This document shows, piece by piece, positions 34,036 to 43,719 of a stretch of DNA of 64,000 nucleotides (position 1 is the stretch's first letter; each line of letters starts with the position of its first letter). This DNA comes from Caldisericota bacterium. GTDB taxonomy: Bacteria > Caldisericota > Caldisericia > JAAYUI01. The notes beneath the pieces were generated by a model. That model had not been told where the DNA came from. It worked only from the letters and a program-made list of their open reading frames with translations, and did not search any database. Both the position numbers and the translations under genes were made by a program. The stretch lies in the NCBI GenBank assembly GCA_029548865.1, contig JAKPMO010000005.1, forward strand, positions 26,046-90,045, written 5' to 3'.

Positions 34036-35601
34036 GTGGAAAACGAAAGGAGCCGCGACAGAAAAGGCGGCTTTGGAAAAAGCAATTTCAGGGACAACGG
34101 TCCATCAAAAAGATCTTTTGGAGACAGAAAGCCTTTTGGTGAAAGAAAGTCTTTTGGAGACAGAAAGCCATACGGCGATAGGAAACCGTATGGAGAAAAC
34201 AAGCCTTTTGGTGAAAGAAGATCGTATGGTGATAGAAAACCATACGGTGAAGGCAGACCTTTTGGCGAAAGAAAACCCTATGGAGACAGAAAACCATATG
34301 GGGAAAACAAGCCATTTGGCGAGAGAAAACCCTACGGTGAAAGAAGATCGTATGGTGATAGAAAACCTTATGGAGACAAACCCTACGAACCAAGGAAAAG
34401 ATTTGGAGAAGACAGGCCTTTTGGTGAAAGAAAACCCTATGGTGACAGAAAGCCGTACGGAGAAAACAAGCCTTTCGGTGAGAGAAGATCATACGGCGAT
34501 AGGAAGCCGTATGGTGAAGGCAGGCCTTTTGGCGAGAGAAAACCTTATGAGAGAAGACCACCAAGGGGCGATTCTGATAGTGATGGAAGCCCAAAACTTT
34601 CCTGGCAAAAGAAAGAATGGTCAGGCCCATCAGACAGAAGGTTTGGCAGAAGAGATGACGAGGGTGGCCACAGGCCAAGGTTCCCAAGGCAGGATGGCGA
34701 TGGCGAATTCAGGAGAGAACACATATATGAGAGACCACCATCACGCACAGGAAGCAAGTTTCAAAGAAGACCCTTTGAAGAAAGGGAAGTCCAGGACCTG
34801 GAATATGCCGAGGAGCTCCCGTTTGCAAATGAAGTAACCCTGGAAGAGGCAGACAACGCAATCATAGGCAAAAACGCCGTGCTTGAAGCAATCAGGGCAG
34901 GCACCAGCATCAACAAGGTCCTCATCAGGAAGACCCTCAAGATCAACACTGTCCTGAAAGCAATCATGGACGAGAGTAAGGACAGAGGCATAAGATACGA
35001 CCTGGTTTCTGATTTTGAAATCGGCAAATATGGCAGCAGGGACGTGGTTGCCCTCGCCTCGCCAACGCAATACGCTGAAATCGAAGATCTAATTAGTCCA
35101 GAGAACACCATATCAATGATCGCTATCCTCGACGGGATCGAAGATCCGCAAAATCTTGGCGCAATCATAAGGTCTTCCGAGTGCTTCGGTGCCACAGGCG
35201 TCATAATCCCGAAACATGGCGCCGCACCGGTCACTTCAACTGTGACAAAAACCTCTGCAGGTGCCGCACTCAGGCAAAAAATTGCCAGGGTGGCAAACAT
35301 CAAGATAGCGATTGAAAAACTCAAAGAAGCAGGATACTGGATTTATGGTTCCTCACCAGATGCCATCTCGGAATCACAATCAGTGGAATTTCCTGACAAG
35401 TGCTGCTTCATCATTGGCTCCGAAGGTGATGGCATGCACAAGACAGTTGCAGAACACTGCGACGAGATAATCAAGATCCCCATGAAGGGAAAACTCGGTT
35501 CGCTGAATGCTTCAGTTGCTGCAGCAATCCTCATGTACGAGTGGGCAAAAAAACACCCACAGCCAGACGAAAAGGTTGACCAACCCACAATAGAGCATTA
35601 G
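34036..35601 (+). CDS. rlmB: 23S rRNA (Gm2251) 2'-O-methyltransferase RlmB/SpoU family with ~255-aa repeat-rich basic N-terminal extension
   Basis: C-terminal IIGKNAVLEAIRAG.., ILDGIEDPQNLGAIIRS, IIGSEGDGM and SLNASVAAAILMYE are SpoU/TrmH motifs. The N-terminus is a [FY]G[DE][RN][KR][PS] hexapeptide array. Confidence 0.85.
   Translation: MENERSRDRKGGFGKSNFRDNGPSKRSFGDRKPFGERKSFGDRKPYGDRKPYGENKPFGERRSYGDRKPYGEGRPFGERKPYGDRKPYGENKPFGERKPYGERRSYGDRKPYGDKPYEPRKRFGEDRPFGERKPYGDRKPYGENKPFGERRSYGDRKPYGEGRPFGERKPYERRPPRGDSDSDGSPKLSWQKKEWSGPSDRRFGRRDDEGGHRPRFPRQDGDGEFRREHIYERPPSRTGSKFQRRPFEEREVQDLEYAEELPFANEVTLEEADNAIIGKNAVLEAIRAGTSINKVLIRKTLKINTVLKAIMDESKDRGIRYDLVSDFEIGKYGSRDVVALASPTQYAEIEDLISPENTISMIAILDGIEDPQNLGAIIRSSECFGATGVIIPKHGAAPVTSTVTKTSAGAALRQKIARVANIKIAIEKLKEAGYWIYGSSPDAISESQSVEFPDKCCFIIGSEGDGMHKTVAEHCDEIIKIPMKGKLGSLNASVAAAILMYEWAKKHPQPDEKVDQPTIEH
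34117..34548 (+). repeat. in-frame 18-nt (hexapeptide) coding repeat array, about 24 units, containing a 37-codon duplicated block
   Basis: FGDRKP FGERKS FGDRKP YGDRKP YGENKP FGERRS YGDRKP YGEGRP ... The blocks 34171-34281 and 34438-34548 encode identical peptide with about 18 synonymous differences (hand count). Confidence 0.85.
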
Positions 35602-35610
35602 AATCAATCT

Positions 35611-36591
35611 ATGAAAATAGTCTTCGATGTGAAGACGGCAGGTCCGTTTCACTCGATGCCGGAATGGGCGCTTTCTGAAACAAGGAAGGCCCTTCCGGCG
35701 CACGAAATATTTTCTGTAACGCGTGATGAGCTCCCAAGTTATGTGGAAAATGCAGATGTTATCGTATGCTATTCATTCCCAAGGGAGCTTTTTCTTCAGG
35801 CCCACAATCTCAAAATGCTTGTATTTGCTGTTGATGGCATTGGCCCGCAAAGGCTCTATCCGGAACTGAGAAATTCACAGGTACCTGTCATAAATTCAAA
35901 AGGTTGCAGGAGCCAGGCCATTGCAGAACACGCATTTTCACTACTTCTCGCATGCTCCAGAAAAATAGTCCCAATGGGCAAGACGCTCACACCTGAAGGA
36001 TGGTGGGGGAATGGGGTGACAGAAGGTCACCCACCGATGGAGATCTCAGGGAAAACCATCGGAATACTCGGCCTGGGTCATATCGGCAAGAGGGTTGCAA
36101 AAATAGCCAAGAATGGCTTTGACATGAGAGTCCTTGGGATGAGGCACAGCAAAGGGGACGTTGAAAATGTGGACGAGGTTTTTGGGCCAGATGGGCTTGA
36201 TCACATACTCGAGAAATCCGACGTAATTATATTGTGTCTCCCTGAAACAGAGAACACCCAATGTCTTATTGGGCAAAAAGAATTTGCACTCATGAAGCAT
36301 GGGGTGATCATCATAAATATTGCCAGGGGCTCCCTCATTGACACGCAGGAGCTGGTGGGTGCCATAAAAAGTGGCAAAGTGGCAGCTGCAGGGCTCGATG
36401 TGTTTGAAAAAGAGCCACTGCCTGCAGACTCACCTCTGAGGACACTCCCGCAGATCGTGGCAACTCCACACGCTGCAGGTGTCACACCACATTTCTGGGA
36501 AAGGTTCATCAAAATAATCATCGAGAACGTCAAAAGACTTGAGTCTGGGGAGCAACTGCTTAATATTACTGACAAAGTGCTTGGGTATTAA
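35611..36591 (+). CDS. D-isomer-specific 2-hydroxyacid dehydrogenase family protein
   Basis: NAD-binding GKTIGILGLGHIGKRVA, catalytic region NIARGSLID and ATPHAAG. Confidence 0.85.
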   Translation: MKIVFDVKTAGPFHSMPEWALSETRKALPAHEIFSVTRDELPSYVENADVIVCYSFPRELFLQAHNLKMLVFAVDGIGPQRLYPELRNSQVPVINSKGCRSQAIAEHAFSLLLACSRKIVPMGKTLTPEGWWGNGVTEGHPPMEISGKTIGILGLGHIGKRVAKIAKNGFDMRVLGMRHSKGDVENVDEVFGPDGLDHILEKSDVIILCLPETENTQCLIGQKEFALMKHGVIIINIARGSLIDTQELVGAIKSGKVAAAGLDVFEKEPLPADSPLRTLPQIVATPHAAGVTPHFWERFIKIIIENVKRLESGEQLLNITDKVLGY

Positions 36592-36603
36592 GCCAGGAAA
36601 GCG

Positions 36604-37503
36604 GTGACCATGCTCCTTGACTGGGTTTTCTGCCCCTACAATTCAAAAGGTGCTTTTGCCAGGGAGGCCGAGGCCTGTTTTGATCTGGTCTTGCGCAGAT
36701 GGGACATAACACAGATAAGGGACGCCTCAATCTCACTGTTGCCAAAACATATTGCCGGTTGCATAAAATCAGTAAGATCAAACAACGAAAGAAAAGAAAC
36801 CCAGGGTGCCAAACCGTGTTTTTTCCTCGAGGGTGAAGAACTCCCCTGCTACCAGAATATCCATGATTTTTTTGCAGCAATGGAACAAAGAAACATGGCA
36901 AGGAGCAGAGAACCTGTCATCAACGAACTGTTTGTTCACCCAAGACTCCCGTGGGAGAGGAGAGACCAGCACGTTCTTGTGTTGCCTGTCACAGCAAAAG
37001 ATATTGCAGGGTACGGCATTCCAACACCAAGCATGAAGGAAGACGTCAGGTTTGGCGATATCGGAAACCCTGAAACACTCGAATTCATGACGCTCACAAC
37101 GAGAAATTATGGCAAAATGATGTCCATCGCTTTTATTGGTTCTGATGTTGCCGGATACATAACACATGTGCCAAAACCTCTGGCCAACAGAATGGGCTGC
37201 AAATTTGTGGACGAGATACAGGACAAGGGTATCATGCAAATTATTGACCTTTACGTGTATCCGCAATTTAGGGGAGAGGGCGTTGAAAAATCACTGATTG
37301 CCAACCTTGCCGAATTTTGCAGAAAAAACAGACATCAAAAGATAGAAGTCTACACACTGGAGACACCTTTGGAAGATTACATGCCATCAACCGGCCACTC
37401 GGCAATGTATGATGGTTCAGGGTTCAAGACAAAAAAATCCATAAAACAAAAAAACCAGGAAAACAAAGAATATGACTTTGTCCTGATGACCATGGAGACC
37501 TGA
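36604..37503 (+). CDS. GNAT-family N-acetyltransferase with ~170-aa unknown N-terminal domain
   Basis: The C-terminal LYVYPQFRGEGVEKSLIANL is the Q/RxxGxG/A acetyl-CoA motif. The start is GTG 36604 or ATG 36610. Confidence 0.6.
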   Translation: MTMLLDWVFCPYNSKGAFAREAEACFDLVLRRWDITQIRDASISLLPKHIAGCIKSVRSNNERKETQGAKPCFFLEGEELPCYQNIHDFFAAMEQRNMARSREPVINELFVHPRLPWERRDQHVLVLPVTAKDIAGYGIPTPSMKEDVRFGDIGNPETLEFMTLTTRNYGKMMSIAFIGSDVAGYITHVPKPLANRMGCKFVDEIQDKGIMQIIDLYVYPQFRGEGVEKSLIANLAEFCRKNRHQKIEVYTLETPLEDYMPSTGHSAMYDGSGFKTKKSIKQKNQENKEYDFVLMTMET

Positions 37504-37884
37504 GTGGAACGTGAAGAATTTGACCTGATTGTCGAACAATGCTGGAATGAACTGCCAGAAGAATGGAAAAAGGAACTTGAGGAAGCAAACATCTCCTACG
37601 AGATAATCGACCTGGCAACAAATGAAATCGCGGCAAAAGCCGGAACGAGTCCATGGAACCTGCTAGGACTATTCTCCGGGGTCCCAAAAACAGTCAGGCA
37701 CAAGGGTTTTGAGCCAATGGCTTTTCCTGACAGAATAACCGTTTTCAGGTTGCCAATCATGTCAAGAGTTTTTGACATTGAAAATCTCAGGAAGACGATA
37801 AAACATGTCCTGTATCACGAAATAGGACACTACTTCGGTCTGTCAGAGGACGAGCTCAGGCAGGCCCAGGGCGACCCGCTGTAA
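37504..37884 (+). CDS. small zincin-like metallopeptidase family protein (DUF1025-like)
   Basis: VLYHEIGHYFGLSEDEL motif. 126 aa. GTG start 6 nt after GGAG, immediately after the GNAT stop. Confidence 0.7.
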   Translation: MEREEFDLIVEQCWNELPEEWKKELEEANISYEIIDLATNEIAAKAGTSPWNLLGLFSGVPKTVRHKGFEPMAFPDRITVFRLPIMSRVFDIENLRKTIKHVLYHEIGHYFGLSEDELRQAQGDPL

Positions 37885-40132
37885 GCATTTTCAAAAGTCT
37901 TACCGTCTGGAGCTTGGTTCCAAGCTCCGAATCACCGGCAGGACCAACACATGACGGGCAACCATTCTCGCAAGGACACTTCTGGAGCGTATCGAGTGCA
38001 AGCACAAGCGGTGAAATCCCCATATCAAACATGTGCTCCGAAAGACCGACCCCTCCAGCCACCCTTTCATAGATGAAAACGGTTGGCGCCTCAAAATGGG
38101 GTGATTTTACCTCAACATACATCCCCAAGTCCCTGGGGTCACACATAAGCGGCAACGGCATGATTCCAATCAGGATGTTCCCAAGCCCTTTTAGTGCCTT
38201 TTCAAGATCATTTTTCGAGAATTCCAAAACAATCTTCTCGCCAACAGTCACCCACCATGACATGGTGTCCATCGGCATTTCCGGGAGGTGCACTTCACCA
38301 TAGCCAAGGTTCTGGTGGGTCGTCAGCTGGATTTTTTTGAACACTGTCGTCAATGCCGTTACGGTGACCTCACCTGCACCAAGCTTGCAGTTTCCAATAT
38401 CATTATTTTCAGCTTCCGAGAGTACCCTGAGGCTGATCTGCAAATTTGCGTCTGTATACCAGTCAACCGGAACTTTTCTGACAAAAGCTTTTCTCTCTTT
38501 GAAGTCAAGCCGGTCAACGTGATATGTGACCCCGTCGTGCATGTAGATTGCCTGGTCATGCACAAGCATTGGTGCAGAAAACAAATCTATTTCACCAATA
38601 GTCCTGACGTGCGGGGAGCCTGTAACATCGATTATGGCAACATTCCCTTCGGTCGCATTCCGGAGCGATATTTCATCAGCAGGGTAAGAATCTGTCATCC
38701 AGAACCATTTCCCCTGATCGTGATTGACAATCCCCTCCTTTTCAAAGTGCGAAAGGATTGGTTCAATCTCCGCCTTGCCAAAAGATTCTCCATCCACAAA
38801 AGGAAGCTCGAATGCTGCACATTTCACATGGGAGACCATAATGTAGAGGTTATCCGGGTTTACCAAACCTGACTCCGGAGGTGTGAACAGCAGGTAATCG
38901 GGGTTCTGGGCTATGTACTGGTCAAGCGGATTGCCAGAGAGCACCAGAATGCCAAGGCTGGTCTGCTGTTTTCTCCCAGCCCTGCCTGCCTGTTGTCTCA
39001 TGCTTGCTATTGTGCCGGGATAGCCGACCATTACTGATGCTTCGAGTCTTCCTATGTCTATTCCAAGCTCAAGGGCATTGGTTGAAACAACGCCCATTAT
39101 CTTGCCTTCCCTTAGTCCCTTTTCAATCTCCCTGCGCTCAAGGGGCAGATATCCACCCCTGTAACCCCTGATTGAATCAGGATTAAATCCAGCCCTTGAA
39201 GCGTGGTCCTTTAGGAGCTTCAATACATTTTCCACGGTGGTCCTCGCCCTGGCAAAAACAATGGTCTGTATGCCCGACTGGACGAGCTGGGAGGCAAACC
39301 GTTCGGCCTCAAAAATAGAAGATTTGCGCAGTCCAAGCTGCTTGTCGACAACCGGTGGGTTGTACACCACAAAATATTTGTCGCCGCTTGGAGAACCATC
39401 CTCGGTTATTGCCTCAACATCATCCTCGATGATTCTGGATGCAAGATCGGCAGGGTTTGCAATTGTTGCCGAAGACATGATGAAAGTTGGGTGGCTTCCA
39501 TAAAAAGTGCAAATCCTTTTTAACCTTCTTATAACATTTGCCATGTGTGAACCAAAAACACCCCTGTACTGGTGGAGTTCATCGATGACAACATATTTCA
39601 GGTTCTCAAAAAGGTGCACCCATTTTGTGTGGTGTGGCAAAATTCCTGCGTGGAGCATGTCAGGGTTCGTAAGGATTATGGAGCCTTCTACTTTGAGGAT
39701 TTTTCTTTTGCCCACATCGGTGTCACCGTCATAAGTGTGAAATTTTACACCAAGTCCTGTTGCTTCAACTAGCTCCGAAAGCCCGGTTTGCTGGTCGAAT
39801 GAAAGTGCCTTGGTCGGGAAAAGATAAATTGCTCTGGCCGCTGGGTCCTTGGAGATTGCAGACAAAACCGGGACATTGTAGCAGAGGGTCTTTCCGGAGG
39901 CCGTAGGAGTGGCAACTACAACATTTTTGCCAGACAAAACACCCTCAATCGCTTCTGACTGGTGCGAATAGAGTTTCTCAATGCCAATTTTTCTGAGGCC
40001 AGCCGAAACAGTTTCGGGCACACAAAACGGAATGTCTGAAAAAGTCCCTTTTCTTCCCTCAAAATGTATCAGGGTCATCTCTTTTCCGGATTCATTCCTA
40101 TAAATCTGGGAAACAATCTCTTCTATGGACAC
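37856..40132 (-). CDS. DEAD/DEAH-box helicase with C-terminal DUF1998 Cys4 domain (YprA/MrfA-like)
   Basis: Walker A ATPTASGKT, DELH box VIDELHQY, motif VI QQAGRAGR, and C-terminal CPCENGCPSC. GTG start. Confidence 0.88.
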   Translation of the reverse strand: MSIEEIVSQIYRNESGKEMTLIHFEGRKGTFSDIPFCVPETVSAGLRKIGIEKLYSHQSEAIEGVLSGKNVVVATPTASGKTLCYNVPVLSAISKDPAARAIYLFPTKALSFDQQTGLSELVEATGLGVKFHTYDGDTDVGKRKILKVEGSIILTNPDMLHAGILPHHTKWVHLFENLKYVVIDELHQYRGVFGSHMANVIRRLKRICTFYGSHPTFIMSSATIANPADLASRIIEDDVEAITEDGSPSGDKYFVVYNPPVVDKQLGLRKSSIFEAERFASQLVQSGIQTIVFARARTTVENVLKLLKDHASRAGFNPDSIRGYRGGYLPLERREIEKGLREGKIMGVVSTNALELGIDIGRLEASVMVGYPGTIASMRQQAGRAGRKQQTSLGILVLSGNPLDQYIAQNPDYLLFTPPESGLVNPDNLYIMVSHVKCAAFELPFVDGESFGKAEIEPILSHFEKEGIVNHDQGKWFWMTDSYPADEISLRNATEGNVAIIDVTGSPHVRTIGEIDLFSAPMLVHDQAIYMHDGVTYHVDRLDFKERKAFVRKVPVDWYTDANLQISLRVLSEAENNDIGNCKLGAGEVTVTALTTVFKKIQLTTHQNLGYGEVHLPEMPMDTMSWWVTVGEKIVLEFSKNDLEKALKGLGNILIGIMPLPLMCDPRDLGMYVEVKSPHFEAPTVFIYERVAGGVGLSEHMFDMGISPLVLALDTLQKCPCENGCPSCVGPAGDSELGTKLQTVRLLKMLTAGRPGPA

Positions 40133-40138
40133 GGATGA

Positions 40139-40167
40139 ATTCTAAAACAAGCAAAACCGCGTGTCAA
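40139..40167 (-). promoter_or_regulatory. putative promoter TTGACA-17-TAGAAT, 6 nt before GTG 40132 (no SD)
   Basis: The minus strand reads TTGACACGCGGTTTTGCTTGTTTTAGAAT TCATCC GTG. Confidence 0.5.
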
Positions 40168-40269
40168 CGAACAGGAGGATTTAACTTGTTTTCTCTATTT
40201 ACTTTTAAGGGTTTTGCAATAGAATTAGTCACTAGTGTCCAATGATGGGCGCAAAATACGATGAGGTGA

Positions 40270-41589
40270 ATGATGGTAGTCTTTGAGTTCGATGAAGAAA
40301 CGGGAAAAGCCGTGGAGCAACCCCAGGAGAAAAAAGAAGTCCAGCCAGAAGTAGTAAAATCTGAGTCATCTAGGTTGGAAAAAGCTGTCAATGACTTTGA
40401 AATGAAGTCTGTCAAAAGAGGACAGCTTGTAAACGCGACAGTGGTGAAGGTCACGTCTGATGGTCTCCTGGTTGATGTCGGCCAGAAGTCAGAGGGATTT
40501 ATCCCCAGGGCAGAGGCATCTACAAGAGACGACGTAGAGCTTGCATCTACGTTCAAAACAGGAGACGTGATTCAGTGCCGTGTTGTCAAGATTGGCGATG
40601 ATGATGGCATGATAATACTCTCCAAGAAGCGTGCCGATTTTGAGCTTGTCTGGGACAGGCTAAAAGAGGCAAAGGACAACAAGGAAATCCTCACAACGGT
40701 CGCTACAAAGGCCGTCAAGGGTGGACTTCTTGTTGATGTCGGCGTACCGGCTTTCGTGCCGAGGTCACAGATTGACCTTAACCGCAATGCCGATCCGACA
40801 AAGTGGGTTGGCAAGGAACTCAAAGTCAGGATCATAGAAGTTGACCGCCCGACAAGGCGCGTTGTTTGTTCCCAAAAGGAAGTCCTGGAAGAAGACCGCG
40901 AAAGAAGGCGTGAAGAATTCATCTCTAACCTCAAGGTTGGAGAAATCTATGAAGGCACAGTTGTTGGCCTCGTAGAATTTGGCGCATTTGTTGACCTCGG
41001 TGAGGGTGTGGAAGGTCTTATTCACCTTTCAGAGCTTTCCTGGGGTGGAAGAAAGACCCCACAGCAGGTGCTCAAGAAACGCCAGAAAGTCAACGTCAAG
41101 GTCATCAAAATCGCAGGAGACGAGGGCAGGATCAGCCTCTCGCTCAGGCAGGCACAGCCACATCCGTGGGAACTTGTTCCATACAAGTACTCGGTTGGCG
41201 ATGTCGTCGAAGGCACAGTCACCAGACTGCTGAAGTTTGGCGCCGTTGTCGAGCTTGAAGAGGGTGTCTCAGGACTACTTCACATATCCCAGGTCTCAAA
41301 CCACAGGGTCGAGAGAATTGACACTGAAATTAAAGAGGGACAGACAGTCCAGTGCAAGATTCTGGAAATAAGGGTCCCAGATCGCAAAATAAGGCTTTCC
41401 ATCAAGGCAACCCTCCCAGAGGAGCCAAGACCGGAGCGCCAGCCAAGAAAGCGCTTTAACGCTTATGAAGATGAAGAAGAGCAGTATCTCAGGGAATTTG
41501 CCCAGGAATCGGCAGACCCATCAGTAAGGCTCATCTCGGAGAACGACCTCGAGAGGGAAAACCGCGAAGTCTTCAACGTCAACGAGTGA
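40270..41589 (+). CDS. rpsA: 30S ribosomal protein S1 (4 S1 domains)
   Basis: Repeated S1 OB motifs: G..V.A.VVKV...GLLVDVG, GTVVGLVEFGAFVDLG and GTVTRLLKFGAVVEL. The exact start (40270 or 40273) is uncertain. Confidence 0.88.
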   Translation: MMVVFEFDEETGKAVEQPQEKKEVQPEVVKSESSRLEKAVNDFEMKSVKRGQLVNATVVKVTSDGLLVDVGQKSEGFIPRAEASTRDDVELASTFKTGDVIQCRVVKIGDDDGMIILSKKRADFELVWDRLKEAKDNKEILTTVATKAVKGGLLVDVGVPAFVPRSQIDLNRNADPTKWVGKELKVRIIEVDRPTRRVVCSQKEVLEEDRERRREEFISNLKVGEIYEGTVVGLVEFGAFVDLGEGVEGLIHLSELSWGGRKTPQQVLKKRQKVNVKVIKIAGDEGRISLSLRQAQPHPWELVPYKYSVGDVVEGTVTRLLKFGAVVELEEGVSGLLHISQVSNHRVERIDTEIKEGQTVQCKILEIRVPDRKIRLSIKATLPEEPRPERQPRKRFNAYEDEEEQYLREFAQESADPSVRLISENDLERENREVFNVNE

Positions 41590-41623
41590 TATAGACACCC
41601 AACAAATAAGGAGAAGTTTTGAA

Positions 41624-42349
41624 ATGAAAAAGTATTTAGCAGTGATAGCCATTTTGGCACTTGGAATCACCTTCATGGCCGCTTGCGGTTCAAAAAACGA
41701 AGAGACTACCCTACCAACCGAACAAGAAATGAGTAAAGTAACTGACCAGTACAACACCGACAATCAGACAACTGACCAGACCACAACAACCCCGACTGAC
41801 AACGCAACCGACAAGACTGGCACAGAAAACCCAGCAGAGGAAGAGGACAAAGATATGGGAACAACAAATACCGATCTCGGCAAGACCGTCGTTTTCGAAA
41901 CCAATTACGGTGCTTTTGAAATCAGCCTCTATAGTGATGCTCCAATTGCTTCAAAGAACCTCATTGATAAAGCAAATTCCGGCTTCTATAACGGACTCAC
42001 ATTCCACCGCATCGTTAAAGGTTTCGTCATCCAGGGCGGCGATCCACTTGGAAACGGCACCGGCGGCGAAACAATGGGTCTTGATCCAAAGGGTCTTCAC
42101 CAGAGCAAAAGGGGAACAATCTCCATGGCATCTGCCGATATCAAAACAAACCAGTCCGATGCACAGTTCTTCATCAACCTGGTAGACAACTTCCGCCTCG
42201 ACGAAATGGGATTTATTGCATTCGGCGAAGTAACAAAGGGCATGGAAGTCGTGGACAAAATCGCAGAAGTCCCATGCAATCCTGGTGGAGACGGTGCAAA
42301 TTCCAGCCCAGTCTCGCCAGTACTCATCAATAAAGTCTATGTCAAATAG
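41624..42349 (+). CDS. cyclophilin-type peptidyl-prolyl isomerase, lipoprotein
   Basis: Lipobox FMAAC, a T/D/N-rich linker, then FHRIVKGFVIQGGDP..GTGG and SMA..TNQSDAQFFI. Confidence 0.88.
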   Translation: MKKYLAVIAILALGITFMAACGSKNEETTLPTEQEMSKVTDQYNTDNQTTDQTTTTPTDNATDKTGTENPAEEEDKDMGTTNTDLGKTVVFETNYGAFEISLYSDAPIASKNLIDKANSGFYNGLTFHRIVKGFVIQGGDPLGNGTGGETMGLDPKGLHQSKRGTISMASADIKTNQSDAQFFINLVDNFRLDEMGFIAFGEVTKGMEVVDKIAEVPCNPGGDGANSSPVSPVLINKVYVK

Positions 42350-42941
42350 GATAGTTTTGGCCTCTCTGGCCACCCTCGCTCTGGTAGTTTCAATGACCAG
42401 CTGCACGGGTGTGTCGCTCGAAGAGAAACAAAACGAAGTCCCACCAGAAAAACCAAAAATCACCTTCAGCACAACTGAAGGTGATTTTGTTATTGGGGTA
42501 CTTCCAAAAAACGCCCCCAATTCAGTTAATAAATTCTTAACCTGGTGCAAAGGCTTCACTACGCCAGAAGGGCAAGTAGTCGCATGTATCTACAATGGTC
42601 TTCAGTTTTACAGGGTGATGCCTGGCAAATTCGTTCAGGGTGGGGACCCTTTCAACAATGGCACCGGCTCCGATGCATTCAAAATACCCTTTGAGAAAAC
42701 TGAAAAGAAACTCAAGAGAGGCGTTGTTTGTCTGGCAAATGATGGTGAAGGAAACAACAATTGTATTTTCTTCATCCTTCTTACAGACACTCCACAATTC
42801 CAGGGCAAATATACGGCTGTAGGTGAAGTTTTGCAGGGCCTTGACGTGATTGATCGCATGAGCAATGTTCCAACTCGTCCAAATGAGCCCAACACACCCC
42901 TTCGCAACATCTCAATAATCGGTGTCAAGGTAAGTGAGTAA
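42339..42941 (+). CDS. cyclophilin-type peptidyl-prolyl isomerase, lipoprotein (second copy)
   Basis: Start MSNRIVLASLATLALVVSMTSC (lipobox) at 42339, overlapping the previous gene by 11 nt. FYRVMPGKFVQGGDP..GTGS. Confidence 0.8.
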   Translation: MSNRIVLASLATLALVVSMTSCTGVSLEEKQNEVPPEKPKITFSTTEGDFVIGVLPKNAPNSVNKFLTWCKGFTTPEGQVVACIYNGLQFYRVMPGKFVQGGDPFNNGTGSDAFKIPFEKTEKKLKRGVVCLANDGEGNNNCIFFILLTDTPQFQGKYTAVGEVLQGLDVIDRMSNVPTRPNEPNTPLRNISIIGVKVSE

Positions 42942-43716
42942 GATAGCACTCTACTGCTTTTCAGGCACTGGAAACACAAGGCTGGTTGCCCAGAAGGTCA
43001 AAAAGGGCCTTGAGCTAGAAGGTCACGAGGTTAATTATTTTGAAACCAGGGACAAACCAACCATCCCAATGGAATATGATTCTTTTGGGATATGTTTTCC
43101 AGTTTATGACTGGTCACCCCCATGGCCTCTCAGGGAACTCATAAAAAGCTGGCATGGCTTACTAAATGACAAACCATGTTTTATTGTAATGGACTACGCC
43201 GGTGATCCAGTCAATGCACGCCTCAAAATGATGGAAGACCTTGAAAAAACCGGCGCAAGGATTTTCCATGCAAGCGAGATTGTAATGCCAGAATCATGGA
43301 CCGTTGTATTGACGCCAAAAAAAATCCAATCAATGAACGAATGGCTTTCAAAAAATCCTCAACCAGATCCAACCGATTTGGGCATTGAGGTTGGCAAGAA
43401 ATTAAAAAATGGCGATACCACGCCAACAAAAAAACCAAAATACAAATTTTCCAGTTACAGTTTTTTGATACCTTTCTACACAAAAACATCACTCAAGATG
43501 TTCTACAGGATAGATCTTGACAAGGGAAAATGTGTCAAGTGCGGCATCTGTGCTGAGAAATGTCCGACTGGTAGTATAAAACTAAACTCCTATCCTTCAT
43601 TTTCCTATCCATGTGCAAGTTGTTATGCGTGTATAAACCACTGTCCAACGCAAGCCCTAGAATCATGGGCAACAAGGGGAAAAATAAGATACAAACCAAA
43701 ACGAGTTGATCTATAA
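42934..43716 (+). CDS. EFR1-family ferredoxin (flavodoxin-like domain plus 2x4Fe-4S)
   Basis: N-terminal IALYCFSGTGNTRLVA, and C-terminal CVKCGICAEKCP and CASCYACINHCP. Confidence 0.75.
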   Translation: MSKIALYCFSGTGNTRLVAQKVKKGLELEGHEVNYFETRDKPTIPMEYDSFGICFPVYDWSPPWPLRELIKSWHGLLNDKPCFIVMDYAGDPVNARLKMMEDLEKTGARIFHASEIVMPESWTVVLTPKKIQSMNEWLSKNPQPDPTDLGIEVGKKLKNGDTTPTKKPKYKFSSYSFLIPFYTKTSLKMFYRIDLDKGKCVKCGICAEKCPTGSIKLNSYPSFSYPCASCYACINHCPTQALESWATRGKIRYKPKRVDL

Positions 43717-43719
43717 AAT

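Noticed and set aside
34117-34548. The periodic 18-nt repeat region as a CRISPR array or non-coding tandem repeat
   Set aside because: There is no repeat/spacer alternation. The units are in frame within a long ORF that continues into a SpoU methyltransferase domain, and the copies differ only synonymously.
34073-34837. Long alternative-frame and antisense ORFs (34073..34837 +, 34088..34687 -, 33519..34202 -) over the rlmB repeat region
   Set aside because: These are low-complexity artefacts of the repeat (KE/HR/F-rich nonsense). They overlap a frame with clear SpoU continuity.
37856-40132. DUF1998 helicase as part of a DISARM-like or other defence system
   Set aside because: The helicase and DUF1998 are fused in one YprA/MrfA-type protein. 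No methyltransferase, PLD nuclease, SNF2 or other defence partners are adjacent. The neighbours are housekeeping genes (rpsA) or unrelated small enzymes.
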